Assembly: GCA_020536535.1 (NCBI GenBank)
Contig: JAHLWZ010000399.1
Span: forward strand, 1-43,115
From: Pelomyxa schiedti
Lineage: Eukaryota > Protista > Evosea
DNA: 43,115 nucleotides
Direction of reading: 5' to 3'
In this document: piece by piece, positions 25,345 through 37,213 of the stretch
How positions within the stretch are numbered: position 1 is the first letter of the stretch
Layout of the letters: each line of letters opens with the position of its first letter
Notes under the pieces: model-generated
What the model was told of the DNA's origin: nothing
What the model saw: the letters and a program-made list of their open reading frames with translations, nothing else
The model's database searches: none
Made by a program: the position numbers and the translations under genes

Positions 25345-26278
25345 CCCTTTTCTTTCGCTGTCGGGTGCACTTTTTTCACTTGTTGTGAACAAACAACGCC
25401 GCCAGTGTCCAACACCCTTGATTTCAACCCAATTGCCCGAAATCGATGGCACAAATTTGGCCTTTGCCGAAAGGGCAAAGGCAACGAAAAATAATAAAAA
25501 AAAACCAAAGCGATGGGGTTCACCAAGGAGATTATCAAGGTGCGCGCTGTACCCGTCCACGTTTTGCTTTCTTTTTGTTAGGATCGTTGTGAGACGGCGT
25601 TCTAAATAAATTGTACATAGGCTGGAAACGGACCTAGGCCAACAACTGGTAAGACCGTGACAGTGCATTGCACCGGCTACGGCAAAAATGGGAACCTCTC
25701 TTTGAAGTTCTGGAGGTATTTAACCTTTTATTTATTTTCATTTTATTCCATTTTTTTTTTTTTTTTACCTTGTTGTTGTTACGGTAACAACATTCCGTTA
25801 GCACAAAGGATCCTGGACAGACACCGTTTACATTCCAAATCGGGCTCGGCAACGTGATTAAAGGTTTGTTTGTTCCCGAAGAGTGAGTTTAGTTACTGTT
25901 TACAGGCTGGGACGAGGGCGTTCTTACCATGAATCTCGGTGAAGTTGCCAGAATTACATGCACCCCTGATTATGCCTATGGTGCTGGAGGTTTTCCGGCC
26001 TGGGGATATCCTTGCAATTAATTCTAACAACATACATAGCTATAGTAATAATCACTCTCATATAAACTGGTGTTTAATCCCTAACCCCTTCCCACAATAA
26101 TGCCAAACTCTACCCTTCTCTTTGAAATTGAAGTACTGAAAATAGCTTGAGCCTCCAACCAAACAATCAAGCTACCATCCAACCCTTTTTCTTCCATTCT
26201 ACAAGAAAATTGAAGCCTCAATTTCTTTACTCAAGATTTCTTTTGTTGCTTTTCTGTTTTGAAATAGAATCAAACACT

Positions 26279-27668
26279 CTACTGCCTCCCAATTGTAACC
26301 AGCCTGCAATAGTGGCTTGTGGCCAACCCAAACAAGAGCTCTAAGTCCTCATGCCGGAAGTACTTTACAACTTGCAGTTTAAACTTTGACAGATACTCAT
26401 TGAGTCCATCTGGGGCATCTGGGAGACTTGATAGTGCTGGTTCGTTATGCTGTGCGAGTTTCTTGTGCATTTCTTGGGTCTCTCTAGATTGCTCCGCGCC
26501 TGTAGGAGTTAAAAGGTATTACAAACGTAAGTAAAGAACCTGATATGAGTATTTCTACAAAGGACAACGCATTCTCGAATGTGGAGATAACGCCCATGAT
26601 CTCATCCACAGTTTTAGGAGGAAGATATAGCAAAAGGCCTTCTAGAATGAAATAAGTTCTGCAGGTGCGAGAAATGTGGCACTCGTCTAGGGCTTCAGAT
26701 AACCCTTGGTTCAAGTTGAGAATGTGCATTTTCAGATGGGGCATATTTCCAACTCCATGGTTCCGTAGGACTTCCTTGTGAAAGTTATTTTCGGTGATGG
26801 ATTTACGGAAGTCACCATTTTTCCTATGTGTTTCTCCTCCAAATCAAATTCATGAACGGTGACGTTGTGCTTTTGGAACTCTTCAGAAAATCTGATTGCT
26901 CGGGAGTCAAATCCTGCACCCTATGGGGTTACAGTCAGCATTGGATATCAAGCAGAGTGCCCTTACAAGGATGATGACATTTTTTGGTTCATCGACACTC
27001 CTCTTGGTAATATCGTCCATTAATTGTTTATCACAAACCCAGAGTCTCGAACAAACATGTCCAATTAACCCACTGGTGGAACCCCTTTTGAAGAAAAAAT
27101 CAGTGTGAGAATATTCAGGCATTGGGAATGAAATGGATAATACTTTGTTATGCGCTTGACTAAATAACGTGCAAAACAACTTGAAAGTCCAGATGGCAGA
27201 ATTTTCATCAGATAGGAAAAAATGAACCTTGCATGGGGATCCAAGAACCAAGCAGCCACCTCGTCCTCACACAACCTTTCTTACTATTTTGTCAGTTCCT
27301 GAAAGCGCTCTATCTACCCATGCCCAATATTCCTTAATTATTACCTTATACAAATACAGTAGTACAGGTATATGCGCAGGAGACGGAATTACGAAATTCT
27401 CATCACGGTGGTTACAGAGCAAGGGGCGTTATTTATTACTTGGCCAAGGAGGCTGTATTCCACCACAAAAGTGAGGGTCGTCCTTCGGGAATGCAGCAGT
27501 GCGCTCAACGGGCAGCGGCACGAACGTTCCCACGGCGCGGATGGCCGCCACGCCCGCCGCCGTACCAGACTTATGGTAACGCTCCTTGCCAAATCTCGCA
27601 CGCGCCCAGCGGTAGCAGCCAAAGACCGCGGCCACAGTGCACCCAACTACAAACCACCAACTAGCCAT
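26279..27668 (-). CDS. Class I SAM-dependent methyltransferase, LCM/Omt (YktD/Rv0146-like) family
   Basis: TAAGVAAIRA, EDEVAAWFL, NVIIL-GAGFDSRAIR, VHEFD, TYFILEGLLLYLP. Hydrophobic N-terminus MASWWFVVGCTVAAVFGCY. Some 5' exon junctions are unresolved. Confidence 0.85.
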
Positions 27669-27767
27669 TTTTGGATAACAATGATGACCGATATGAAACA
27701 CGTTTTTATTTTTGTTTTACGTTCCGTGTGGGTTTTTGTTTGGTTTGCACTTCCATTCTGGAAGTCT

Positions 27768-29312
27768 CTAGACATACTGGCAGCCAGAATAAGGAAGCCC
27801 AGAGCCCTGGATGGCTTCTTTGAACTCTGTGCAAGCAATTTTCATGGTTCCACACCCAAATGCTTTGTTTGGGTCTCCACATAGGTTGTGGAAGTTTTCG
27901 GCGGTCATCTGGAGTGGGGAGTTTGTCAAAGGAAATGGGTGATGTATAGAGTTACCTCCCAGGGTTTGCCAATGCCCCCCATGGAATAATGGATCCATGA
28001 AACTTGGGCTGATGCTTCGCGGGGACTCACGTGGTTCCACCAACGAGAGAGCATCGGCTTTTTATCAGCCGTATCATAGCATAGAAACTCAAAAAGTGGT
28101 AGTTCTATATTAGGGATCCTGATGACTTTCATGTGCAAGTCTTCTATGGCTTGATTTACAACCTACAAATGGGTGGTCAGGACAACATACCCAGTCATTT
28201 TCGGTTCTCATTACCTCTCCATCATTCCACTTGGTTCGTTGAAAAACGACAAAAGCTTGTTTTTGCAATTTCAGGCTCGGCTTGAACACCATACGTGCTG
28301 TAAACCACTGGAAGTGGCTGTCTTCGTACCAATATCCCGCTGGCAGCTTGTTTAGATTAGTAAGTCTTGCAACGAAATAGACGTAGGAGTATTTACCGCA
28401 AAGGTGGTTACTTCATCAAGAGGAAAATCAAACAAGTAATCGGAGTTGTGAAGTTTCAGGCCATCAGTGTCGTGGTAGACAACACGGTCATACTGCTCCA
28501 GCCCCAAAGTGTAAAGTTTTATGCAGGATGTCTGCCATTCAGCCCAGTTTGTGCGACACTGCTCTCTCGTATACATGCAATGAATTCCTGCGTCTTCCAT
28601 AATTTTCATCGTTTTTGAATTAACTCCGTCCATCACAACAGCCACCACATCAATGCGGGGGTTCATCCCAAATGCATAGAGCCTATTAAAAAAATTTCCT
28701 TATTACAAATATCTCATTAACAAACATAAATATAAAAATAGCACAAGTTTCAACGAGAAAGGCAACCGAACAATCTCGCAACCTTCTAGCATTGACAGCA
28801 GCCATCACGCCATAGTAATCCGAGGCCACATAGAATACATAGGCCCACCTCCCAGTGTTGTTACCGCCTTCCGGAGGGCACTCCCTCGTCGGCGTGATCA
28901 CGCTGTATGGCACGTGTATGAGGTTGGCCTGTGGGTCGCTGGGCCGAGAAGCCCCATGCGCTGTATTCGCTGGGCTTCCGTTGGCGTCAATGGGACCCGC
29001 TGAGGGCAGAACCTCCGGCTCTGCACCCTTGGGTTCCGTGGTTTCCACGGCCGTTGGGGTTGTTGTTTGTTGCTCTTGTTCCTGGTCTTCTTGTGTGTGT
29101 TGTTGTTGTTGTTGTTTGCCACTCTGTGGCTCCTTGTGTCGTGGCTGTGGTTGTGCTGCTGTGTCTTTTTGTTGGTGTACGTGTTGCAGGGGAGCCGGTT
29201 TAGCGGGAGCGATGCGGGTGGCATCGGAGGACGAGAAGTACAACGAAGGGGCGAGGACCCCGAACACCACAACGAGAACCAGAATGACGACAACAAGCGG
29301 CCACCGGTTCAT
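27768..29312 (-). CDS. Glycosyltransferase family 8 (glycogenin-like), type II membrane protein
   Basis: N-terminal TM WPLVVVILVLVVVFGVLA, Q/T/P-rich stem, WAYVFYVASDYY, KLYTLGLEQYDRVVYHDTD (DXD motif), IHYSMGGIGKPW. Confidence 0.9.
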
Positions 29313-29701
29313 GTGTATGGCACAAAATTTTCCACAATTCCAACTGTAATTCCGCCCTCTTCCTCGAAAGCTGGTTTTTTGGGGTCCGCCGGAAGAATTG
29401 GGGCTACACCGGGCGCTGATCACCCAAATCATCATCCAAATCAACGAAGTTGAGTTGACTGATTTGCCGGGAACCTCCTGTGAACGAAAGGAAAGTATTG
29501 CACCTGGATCGGATATGTTTTTTGAGCTGTGAGAATCCGAAAGTGGCAAGTAATCGGTGTGAGAGGTCGCACTGACCCGTGGTTTCCATGCGGTGGATAT
29601 CACATTACCAAGTGCCAACACAGTGTTGAAATCCTCACTTTTTTAACATAACAGCACGAGCAACCCAAGCCAGGCCAAAAAAAGAAGACAAACACCTTCA
29701 C

Positions 29702-29801
29702 NNNNNNNNNNNNNNNNNNNNNNNNNNNNNNNNNNNNNNNNNNNNNNNNNNNNNNNNNNNNNNNNNNNNNNNNNNNNNNNNNNNNNNNNNNNNNNNNNNN
29801 N
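29702..29801. other. Scaffold gap (100 N)
   Basis: Run of N. Confidence 1.
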
Positions 29802-30960
29802 CAGCCGTTCGAGTGAAGGAATGATAAGAAAATCCGGAATTGGTGATCCGCTCAAGTTGGGGAGATGCAGAACAGTTACTGTATCCTTCATTGGAGTCCA
29901 ACAAGTGGGACCGAGGGTAGAATAACTGATGACCATCAGTATTCCCCAAATCAACACCTGACAGACTTAAGTCTCAAGGAGGGGATCTCAAGCAGAGCAC
30001 CAAAGATGATATTTCCAAAGGCATTCACTTCACCAGAGCACCGATCAAGATCAGAACTGAAATATACCTCAGGCGAGCAACAAGGATCCAATAGAACCTG
30101 ATGTGATTTATGGTGGTGCATACTGCCTAGAACAACTTGAAACTGCAACAGGGAATCAAGTTTAGAACTTGTGATTGACCCCAGCTTGTACATAATTGTG
30201 CAGGGTCAATCGAATTAGCTGCTTTTGTCGCTGCATCTGAAGTTTCCTCCAGTAACAGGCAACTTGCCCAGAGAAAAAGTCTTGCTGTGCTGGCAAGAAG
30301 AGCATCTTTTTTGTTCTTTAGTGATGAATCCCTATAGTCAGCAGAACAACCCATCCGTTGTTCAATTCGTTCTCCCGCTTCATCAAGTGAGCACTTTCCC
30401 CTCAGGTCAATCAATGAGTTTGCGTAGTTGGTTCAGCTCTTTCTTCAATGTTGCACAAGCCTAAAAAAAAAGGGTGTCACGAGGAGAGCTGTGAAACAGA
30501 ATAATGGTACCTTTTAAAGATTGAACCTTGTTTCACTTCAAGTCTTTTTACTTTAGTCAGCGCGGTTTCTTGCATCTCCTTTGTGGCAGTAGTCAAAAGA
30601 ACTGTCTTGTCGGGAACCCCAGTTTGGGAGTGCTGATGTGCCGGACTATGCAAGCATGGATAGCAAACAGGAACCCTGTATTCTGTGCAGAAAAAGTCAT
30701 AAGGCTTTCCATGCTCCAAGCAACACTGAATATGGGCTGCCCTTCACAAAACAGTTTGTTACATGGTGGAAAGTTTGAAAAGGAATTGACATACTTTACT
30801 TCAGCCAGAGGGAGCCAACTCCAACTTGATGAAGTGGGGAATTTTTTTCGTGATTGCTTTTGCTTTTGGTGCTGTTGCTCCAGTGTTTCAGGAGAAGGAA
30901 CCCTTCCAAGCAGAGTGTTGCACTCCGAAGTGAAGACGGTGAGGCTCTTCACTCACCTCT
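29802..30960 (-). pseudogene. TRIM-like B-box zinc finger/coiled-coil gene, probably disrupted, truncated by the gap
   Basis: CLEHGKPYDFFCTEYRVPVCYPCLHSPAHQH is a B-box2 pattern with one Cys replaced by Tyr. It is followed by coiled-coil exons (TLKKELNQLRKLID). The downstream frame is broken. Confidence 0.65.
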
Positions 30961-31633
30961 GTGGGATGTGCTGTTGCGCGTCTGTGTGATAGTACCGTGG
31001 CAGGGTTTGGGCTCCCGTTGTTGCTGACTTTGGGCTTTGGTAGAAATGTGGAGGTGGGGTGGTAGAAATGGTGCTTCAGGATAGGGCGGTATGCCGTGGG
31101 GAGGGTTGTACTTGAGAATGCGAGCAAGAGCAAAAGCAAGAGCAAGCAGCCCTGTGCTGGCCAACCTCACACACACGGGGGCCTCAAATATGAGGAAATC
31201 TGGTTTGTTCACTCGGCCTTGGATGTGCCGTGTGGTGCGGTGTTGCGGCGCTGCGGCCTGTTCTTTTCCGTTTGGCGGTCACCAAAAAAAAAAAAAAAAA
31301 CCGTTGGGAGCGGCGAATCCGTTGGGCATGGGCGTGGGTGGCCCAAAAAAAAGTTGAATGCCGGACCGGGAACTAGGCGGCGGAGTCCGTTGAGCAGGCA
31401 ACGCGGGAGGGTTTTTTTTTGTGACACGAAGGAGGGCGACAGACCGGGGGGGATCGTATCGGATCGCCTCGCCCGGCCTCGACTCGACGGCGGCGTTGCG
31501 GGAACGCCGCTATTCAGCGGTTGTGCTTCCCGGTTGGACCGGATTCTGGTTCTTAGTGGTCTGTCTCACAACAGGGGGGCCACTCAGGGTCGCTCTCAGG
31601 CCCTTTTGGAGTGATACGAGTTTTTTGGGAGGT

Positions 31634-33080
31634 TCACCACCTGGGGAGTGTTTGAAGGTTGGCAGTATTGTTCATTATAACCAAAAGAGAGTGCGAGTGG
31701 GTGGAGTGGGTCCACAGGCATTCCCAACTCATGCTCGATTTCATCCCTGTCACCTGGTGACTGTTATAATCTTGATGAAACTGGTTGTCAACGGAATCGA
31801 GCAGGAGCAAAATCCTCCGATTTTTGCCCTCCGGTCCCTGGATGACGTAATGCCAGGGCACTGTGGACCACAGAGGCACCGAGTCGAAATTCAAGTACCA
31901 CCGCAGTAACTACGCTTGATATGGACCTTCAGGAGGGTCTTCAAACCCAACAAAGCCGTGAGCAGGTGATTCCTCTTGGGAAGACACAGTGCTAGAAATA
32001 AACCTCCAAAACACGAAACGGCATTTGCAAGCACCAAATTGAGCTGCCACTGGCTTTCACTTGGGTGTTCTGTTTGCCACACACACGTCCACGGACCTAT
32101 TTTCGGCATGGTGAACAGTAAACTGGCGGCACGTGCTTTCTTTACCTTGAATTCCCCACCTACCTGGACTATTGTCGAAGTTCTGGAGATTCACCTCATT
32201 GTTGGAGTACCACTTTTTCTAATTGGTGGCATTATTGGAAAACGCACCGCTGGTTCGCTATAGCGCTCAAGCGATATTTTTCCCTTACATTCCAATCCAG
32301 GATCGTTTTATGCTCTTGCCGTACAGCGAATGCAGTTAGAGAAATTCCGCCAATACCATGGCACCGAACTCTCCCCTTTCAGCTGGCTGCTGCCAGATTT
32401 CTTCCTTTCAGGTGAAAATTTGGCTTATCACCCAAGGAATACTTTAGCTAGCAACATGTCTTCACCAGTGCCATCTACACAGATCAGAGATGTTGAACAT
32501 CTTTGAAGCTCTTTTGGGCCACGGCTATTCCAAGTGTATGCGGCATTTTGTTCCTCCGCGTTCATTATACTTATTGTTGTCACCGCCTCTATCAGACAAC
32601 CGCTGTTACCTACTTCCAGCTATCTCTCTGGAAGATCATCGCTGGTGGTGGAAGTCTTTCCTGTGTGGAGGGCATGTACCTTTTCAAAGTTGATTTTTCC
32701 TAAGAAATTGATTCCTAACAGTTCAGTTCGCTGACGATTCTTGATAGGGACCAAAGTGCCTCCTGCATTAACTGTAAAGTTATACAACTCAAGCAATTCT
32801 TTTAATGTGCCCACAGTTTGCTCCTCTTCTGGCAAACAATAGAGGAAAATCTGGAGGCCCCAAGGAAAGAAACACACTGTTGGACTATTGCCATCTGGCA
32901 TTTATCTACAACAGTGGGAAAGCACGAGATTAAGTCCAGGGCATTATTGTGCCTATGATCATGGTAACTCTTGCCGAAGCACCCGAGACAAAGCAAATAT
33001 AGTGTACTCATTTGTCTTCAGTGACTGCCTATTATATGGCTCTCTGGAGGTGATTCATTGTAGGTTTGTACTGTGAAAGT
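31634..33080 (-). mobile_element. Degenerate C-terminal part of a Plavaka/CACTA-like transposase
   Basis: Stop-riddled minus frames contain INFEKVHALH (resembles the FPKxHxLxH motif) and A*LLRWYLNFDSVP...RRILLLLDSV (resembles the Plavaka C-terminal domain). Confidence 0.4.
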
Positions 33081-33483
33081 TTTACATTTATCTCGGATTT
33101 CCATCCAGAATAGTCTTGTCACTCACAAGTGACTCTACTTCATGGGGCACAAAAAAAACAACCAACCAAGTCAAGCCTCACTTAAATTCGGGACTTGGGG
33201 CCACAGCCCAAAAATCCGTGTGTGCCACACCGCAACAATACTCTATTTTCCTTTTTTCTTTTTACGAACAGCTGTCTCTTCTCAGAACTCTATCTCTTCT
33301 CCGAAACCCACAATTATATGATTTCTTTGAAAAGTGTCACTATGTAGGCAGTCGAACCAGATTGATGCAACTGCAGAACTCCTCGCCACAAATAATGCAG
33401 GAGAGGCGTGTGGAGAATTCTTTTATTATGTTCGGTCTGTGGCCTTAAAAGGACCCACAATTAGTCACCATCACCTCAGCACA

Positions 33484-33593
33484 CGAGCGACGGCCCAAGA
33501 GATCTGCCAGTTGATGATGATGATGATGATGCAGCATTGGTGTTGCCCAACACCGACAAGGCAGTCAATGAGCTACCAGCAACACCAATGCTG

Positions 33594-33657
<64 letters not shown>

Positions 33658-33707
33658 GCCCACACAAGGAGATCTGCAGACTGGCAGATCTCTTGGGCCG
33701 TCGCTCG
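33484..33707. repeat. Nested fold-back inverted repeat containing (CAT)21
   Basis: 33484-33511 is the exact reverse complement of 33680-33707. 33512-33546 pairs with 33579-33613. Confidence 0.95.
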
Positions 33708-34417
33708 CCTGCATTGTGTGCGGCGAGGAGTTCGCTACTTTGAGGTTGCTCCTGTCCCACCCCAGCGCGGTGCACGAGCGCAGGCAGTCACCCTCGCCCG
33801 ATCACATCGCCGATGCAGGCGGCAGGGACTACGTCGCCACCGCGATCGATGTCGCAGCTCCCACCGCAACTTCCGCGACTTCGTCCTTTGTGGCATCTAC
33901 TGACGAACACCAACCTGATGTCTACGATGAACACCAGCCTCATGGCTACCCGTATGGTGAAGGTCACCCTGATGGCTATCCATATGCTGAAGACGACCCT
34001 GATGGCTACGGGCATGATGAATACCAGCATGATGGCTACCCGTATGCTCAACACCACCCTGATGGCTACCCGTATGACCAAGACGACCCTGATCAACGCC
34101 AGCATGATGTCTTGAACTCCGAGGTGCCCAACGATCCTTATGCCGATCCGTATGTGGATTCCCATCCTGAAGAACTTGTTGCCAACGGGGGCCAGACCCC
34201 AGCCACGCCGCCCCCTGTGCTCTTTCAGTATTACGATGTACCGGACCAAGGTTTCTACCACACACCAACCGACAACACAGTGCCAGACATTCGAGGCATG
34301 TGGGACTCAATTGTGTTCATGTGGGCTTTGACTGCTGAGCGATGCTGGACAAGTCTCGTATCACTGATGGAATGGCTTTGGGTGTTGTGCCAAAAAGTTT
34401 CGTTTTTTTCGACTTGA
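33694..34417 (+). CDS. C2H2 zinc finger + 10-aa PDGYPY repeat ORF, likely transposon-derived, no clear ATG
   Basis: Open frame with CxxC...H...H, six 30-bp repeat units at 33938-34110 and an acidic linker. Confidence 0.45.
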
Positions 34418-34696
34418 ATAATGTCTTTGGTTTCATGGTGGGTATTTGGTTGGGACTGACATACGAGTTTCCTTTGGTACCCAAAGGGATACCCATACAA
34501 AACCGCTTGCCCTTGCCCATGATTGTGTGACTTTGGTGTTCGGCAAGGACTTCATCAATGGGATCCCACCATTTGCTCCACCAGTGTACAAGCAGCAATC
34601 GTGGCCGTGAATAGCGTCAATGCCGCGGTGCACACGGAAAGAAACCACAAGTAACATGACTTGCTGGTACAACGGCAATGCAATCAACTAATCGAG

Positions 34697-34820
34697 GAAC
34701 CGGGGTTTATTGAATAGCGTCCAGCTGTCTGGGTTACCAGATTGTATTTGGGCTTCAGCCAAAGCTGAACCATCTTTTGGAATGTTTTTTTTGCCATTTG
34801 AATTGAAGGGAATCAGCACC
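34697..34820 (-). pseudogene. Diverged paralogous fragment of the 2400-2520 FN3-like segment
   Basis: NIPKDGSALAEAQIQSGNPDSWTLFNKPRF aligns with NIPKDSSSTSAKAQIQLDTTDDWTILNQPRF. Confidence 0.7.
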
Positions 34821-35139
34821 TGGAAAATGTCGTGAATTGTTGGTGACAGAAATATTTTCATACCAGAGTATTTCACATTATAGGGTGGTCAACAACTTGA
34901 CTCGGTGTTCTGACGAGTCACCTTAGGAACAACCATCACCATCGTTGGCACTGCGATAAGAGAGACATATCCATCAGTGTCCACTTTCTGGGAGCAGAGA
35001 CTACAAAAGTAAGAAGGAACAGTGTACCAGCAGTACATACAATGGAGGTGTTTGGGACGGCCAGCAACAGTAAAGTAGGTTCCGGTAATGACAGAGAAGG
35101 TTCCGGCAATGGTAAAGAAGTTGCTGGAAATTGTAGAGC

Positions 35140-35930
35140 CAGTTACCATGTGTATATCTACATCCGTGGCAGCCAGTTTGGCACGGACATCCTGGTCCAA
35201 GTGAGACCAATGGTGGTCCCATTTCATGACAGCTCTTGTTCCTTTAGGATAAACTTGAAGAGGAGCTTTTGCGCGCTCAGAAGTCAGATAGGGGGCCACG
35301 ATTGTGTACAAGTACAAGTTCAAGGTGGGCCGATTCTGCCACTTGTTTGTTTTTGGCCGTTGTTTGCCAAAGCTATTAGAACGTGTTCCAGTGGCCCCAG
35401 CAAAGCAGGTCAGAAAGCCAGCTGGCCAATGGGCTCTGGGTATGTTGGAATTTGTCAGACCTGAGTAAATTACTTGCAGTGGAAGAAGGGTTCCACTTTT
35501 TGGTGACAGTGAATGTAGCTGTCACCCCTCGTTTCTCTGTGCTCCCTGGAACTTCAACCCTTGTGGAGCCCACTGTGGCATATATTCCATGCTGGACAAT
35601 CTGGAAGGGCAACATTGTCTCATCCATCTCGAGAATGAGAGCAGGATTGTAAGCTTCCTCCAAAATTTCCTGTTGTTTCATTTTGGTACCTCCTGCTAGA
35701 AGTTCCTCAGCAGACAACTTACGATCTGTAGTGGCTTGTCTGTAGGTGTAGTCCATCCATTATGATAGAAAGTGACGAGCCCAATCAGTGGTTAGTTGCA
35801 ATGTCCCTCTACGAGCATACAACTGAGTTCCTTCACCATTCACTTTCATCACAGCTTGAGCAACAGAAATGACAATTGAGGGTAAAATTTGTGCACCAAA
35901 GGCACGGATCGCTTTCAGCAAGGTTAGTGT
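35140..35930 (-). mobile_element. Pogo/Tc5-type (CENP-B HTH + DDE_1) transposase pseudogene
   Basis: LQLTTDWARHFLS*WMDYTYRQATT, ILEMDETMLP, EKRGVTATFTVT/SGTLLPLQVIYSG (frameshift in an A-run near 35500), KWQNRPTLNLYLYTIVAPY, MKWDHHWSH. Truncated before the LQPLD motif. Confidence 0.85.
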
Positions 35931-36362
35931 CTGAAGTTTGGATTGAAAAGAGAGTTAATGAGAGCCGGAAGATGGGATCCAGGAGAGCTATTGGGGCAGG
36001 AGGGAACTGGGAGGGGGTAAGTACAAGCCAGGAGAGGCAATGAAGGATCTAAAAGAGTCGGAAGGGGAAGAATAGGAACTGGAAGGGGCAGCAGAGCCGG
36101 AAGGGGAATAAGAGATGGGAGAGGCTGGAAAAGAGCTGGGAGGTGCCAGGAAGGAGCGAGGAGAGGCTGGGATGTAGCTTGATGACAAGGGGAACCAACA
36201 GAAGTAGATGACGTTGGAGGAGTCATATTCTGCTCTGCTTGTGACCTGGGAGGCACAAACTGGGAGGAGCTTGTTGTATGGGTAACATAGACACTTGTCG
36301 AGGGGGAAGTGGAAGACACAAAACGGGAGCCAAGAGAGGATGCATTCTGCACTTACTAAAGT

Positions 36363-37213
36363 TTACAACCACCGGGACTTGAAGGGCTCGCTAGGAAATC
36401 TGGAGACACCCACTGGAGTCTCAATTTGTGGAGAAGACACCATGGAAGAAGCAGGAGGCAACAATTGTGATGAAGGAGGAAACAGTGCCTGCATTTGCGG
36501 ATTCTGTTCCTGTGCAGCAACCCACTCACGAACCAACCAAGAAACATGGCGGACATTCAATCTTTGCTGAAGCTCACCAAAACGTAAGTCACCATCCTTG
36601 AGTTTGGTTAGGTGATCCCGTTGTGTAGTGGATTCGGTAGCACGTCTCGCTTTTTCTTGGAATGGTTTTGTTGGCAGATCAGCCACAACTGTGTTAGATT
36701 GCGCTTTTTCTTCAGCAGCAGTGTTCAGCATAGCTCTCAACTGTGGAATTTCTGCCATTTGTGGTTCAGCTACCTTCAAACATAGTTCAAGAGATGCATT
36801 TGTGTTCGCTAATCCCCTTGCGACGACTTCAAGTTTGTGAAGGTCGTTTTGTGCCTGGGTAAGTGCTTTTAGGCCCTCTTGGTGTTTGCTGAAGAGGGTA
36901 GAGCATCGGTTTTCTGCCTCCTCACTCACTTACAGGTTGCAAAGTCAAGTAGTTGCTTTACCCTTTGAACCTCCATGGGACTTTGTTTGTACTTGCATTC
37001 TCCGAGTTCTTTTGTTAATTCAGAGATTTGCTTTTCATGCTGAAATTTCTCCTGTCTCGCTCTTCCCATTTCTTGCTGGGTTTGTTCAGCGATTGCTTTA
37101 CTACGTTGGGCATATTGTTTTGCCTCAGCAAGTGTGAGTTGGGTCAACAACTGTCCAATTGGTTCCGATGGCTGGGTCTCCACAGACAAAATTTCTTCTC
37201 TGAACGTGAGCAA
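36363..37213 (-). CDS. Coiled-coil hypothetical protein or pseudogene fragment
   Basis: Two abutting E/Q/K-rich heptad ORFs in different frames. Boundaries are unclear. Confidence 0.35.

Noticed and set aside
24037-25609. Long plus-strand ORFs (419, 270, 214 aa)
   Set aside because: Antisense shadows of the GC-rich low-complexity first exon of the kinase.
25345-25668. N-terminal extension of the 864-aa ORF
   Set aside because: Composition is UTR/promoter-like. MKDEIGR at 25344 is the more plausible start.
33537-33743. Poly-His ORF
   Set aside because: Alternative frame of the (CAT)21 microsatellite within the fold-back.
33938-34110. CRISPR-like repeat/variable spacing
   Set aside because: Spacers are only ~11 nt and similar to each other, the array is in-frame coding, the context is eukaryotic and no cas genes are present.
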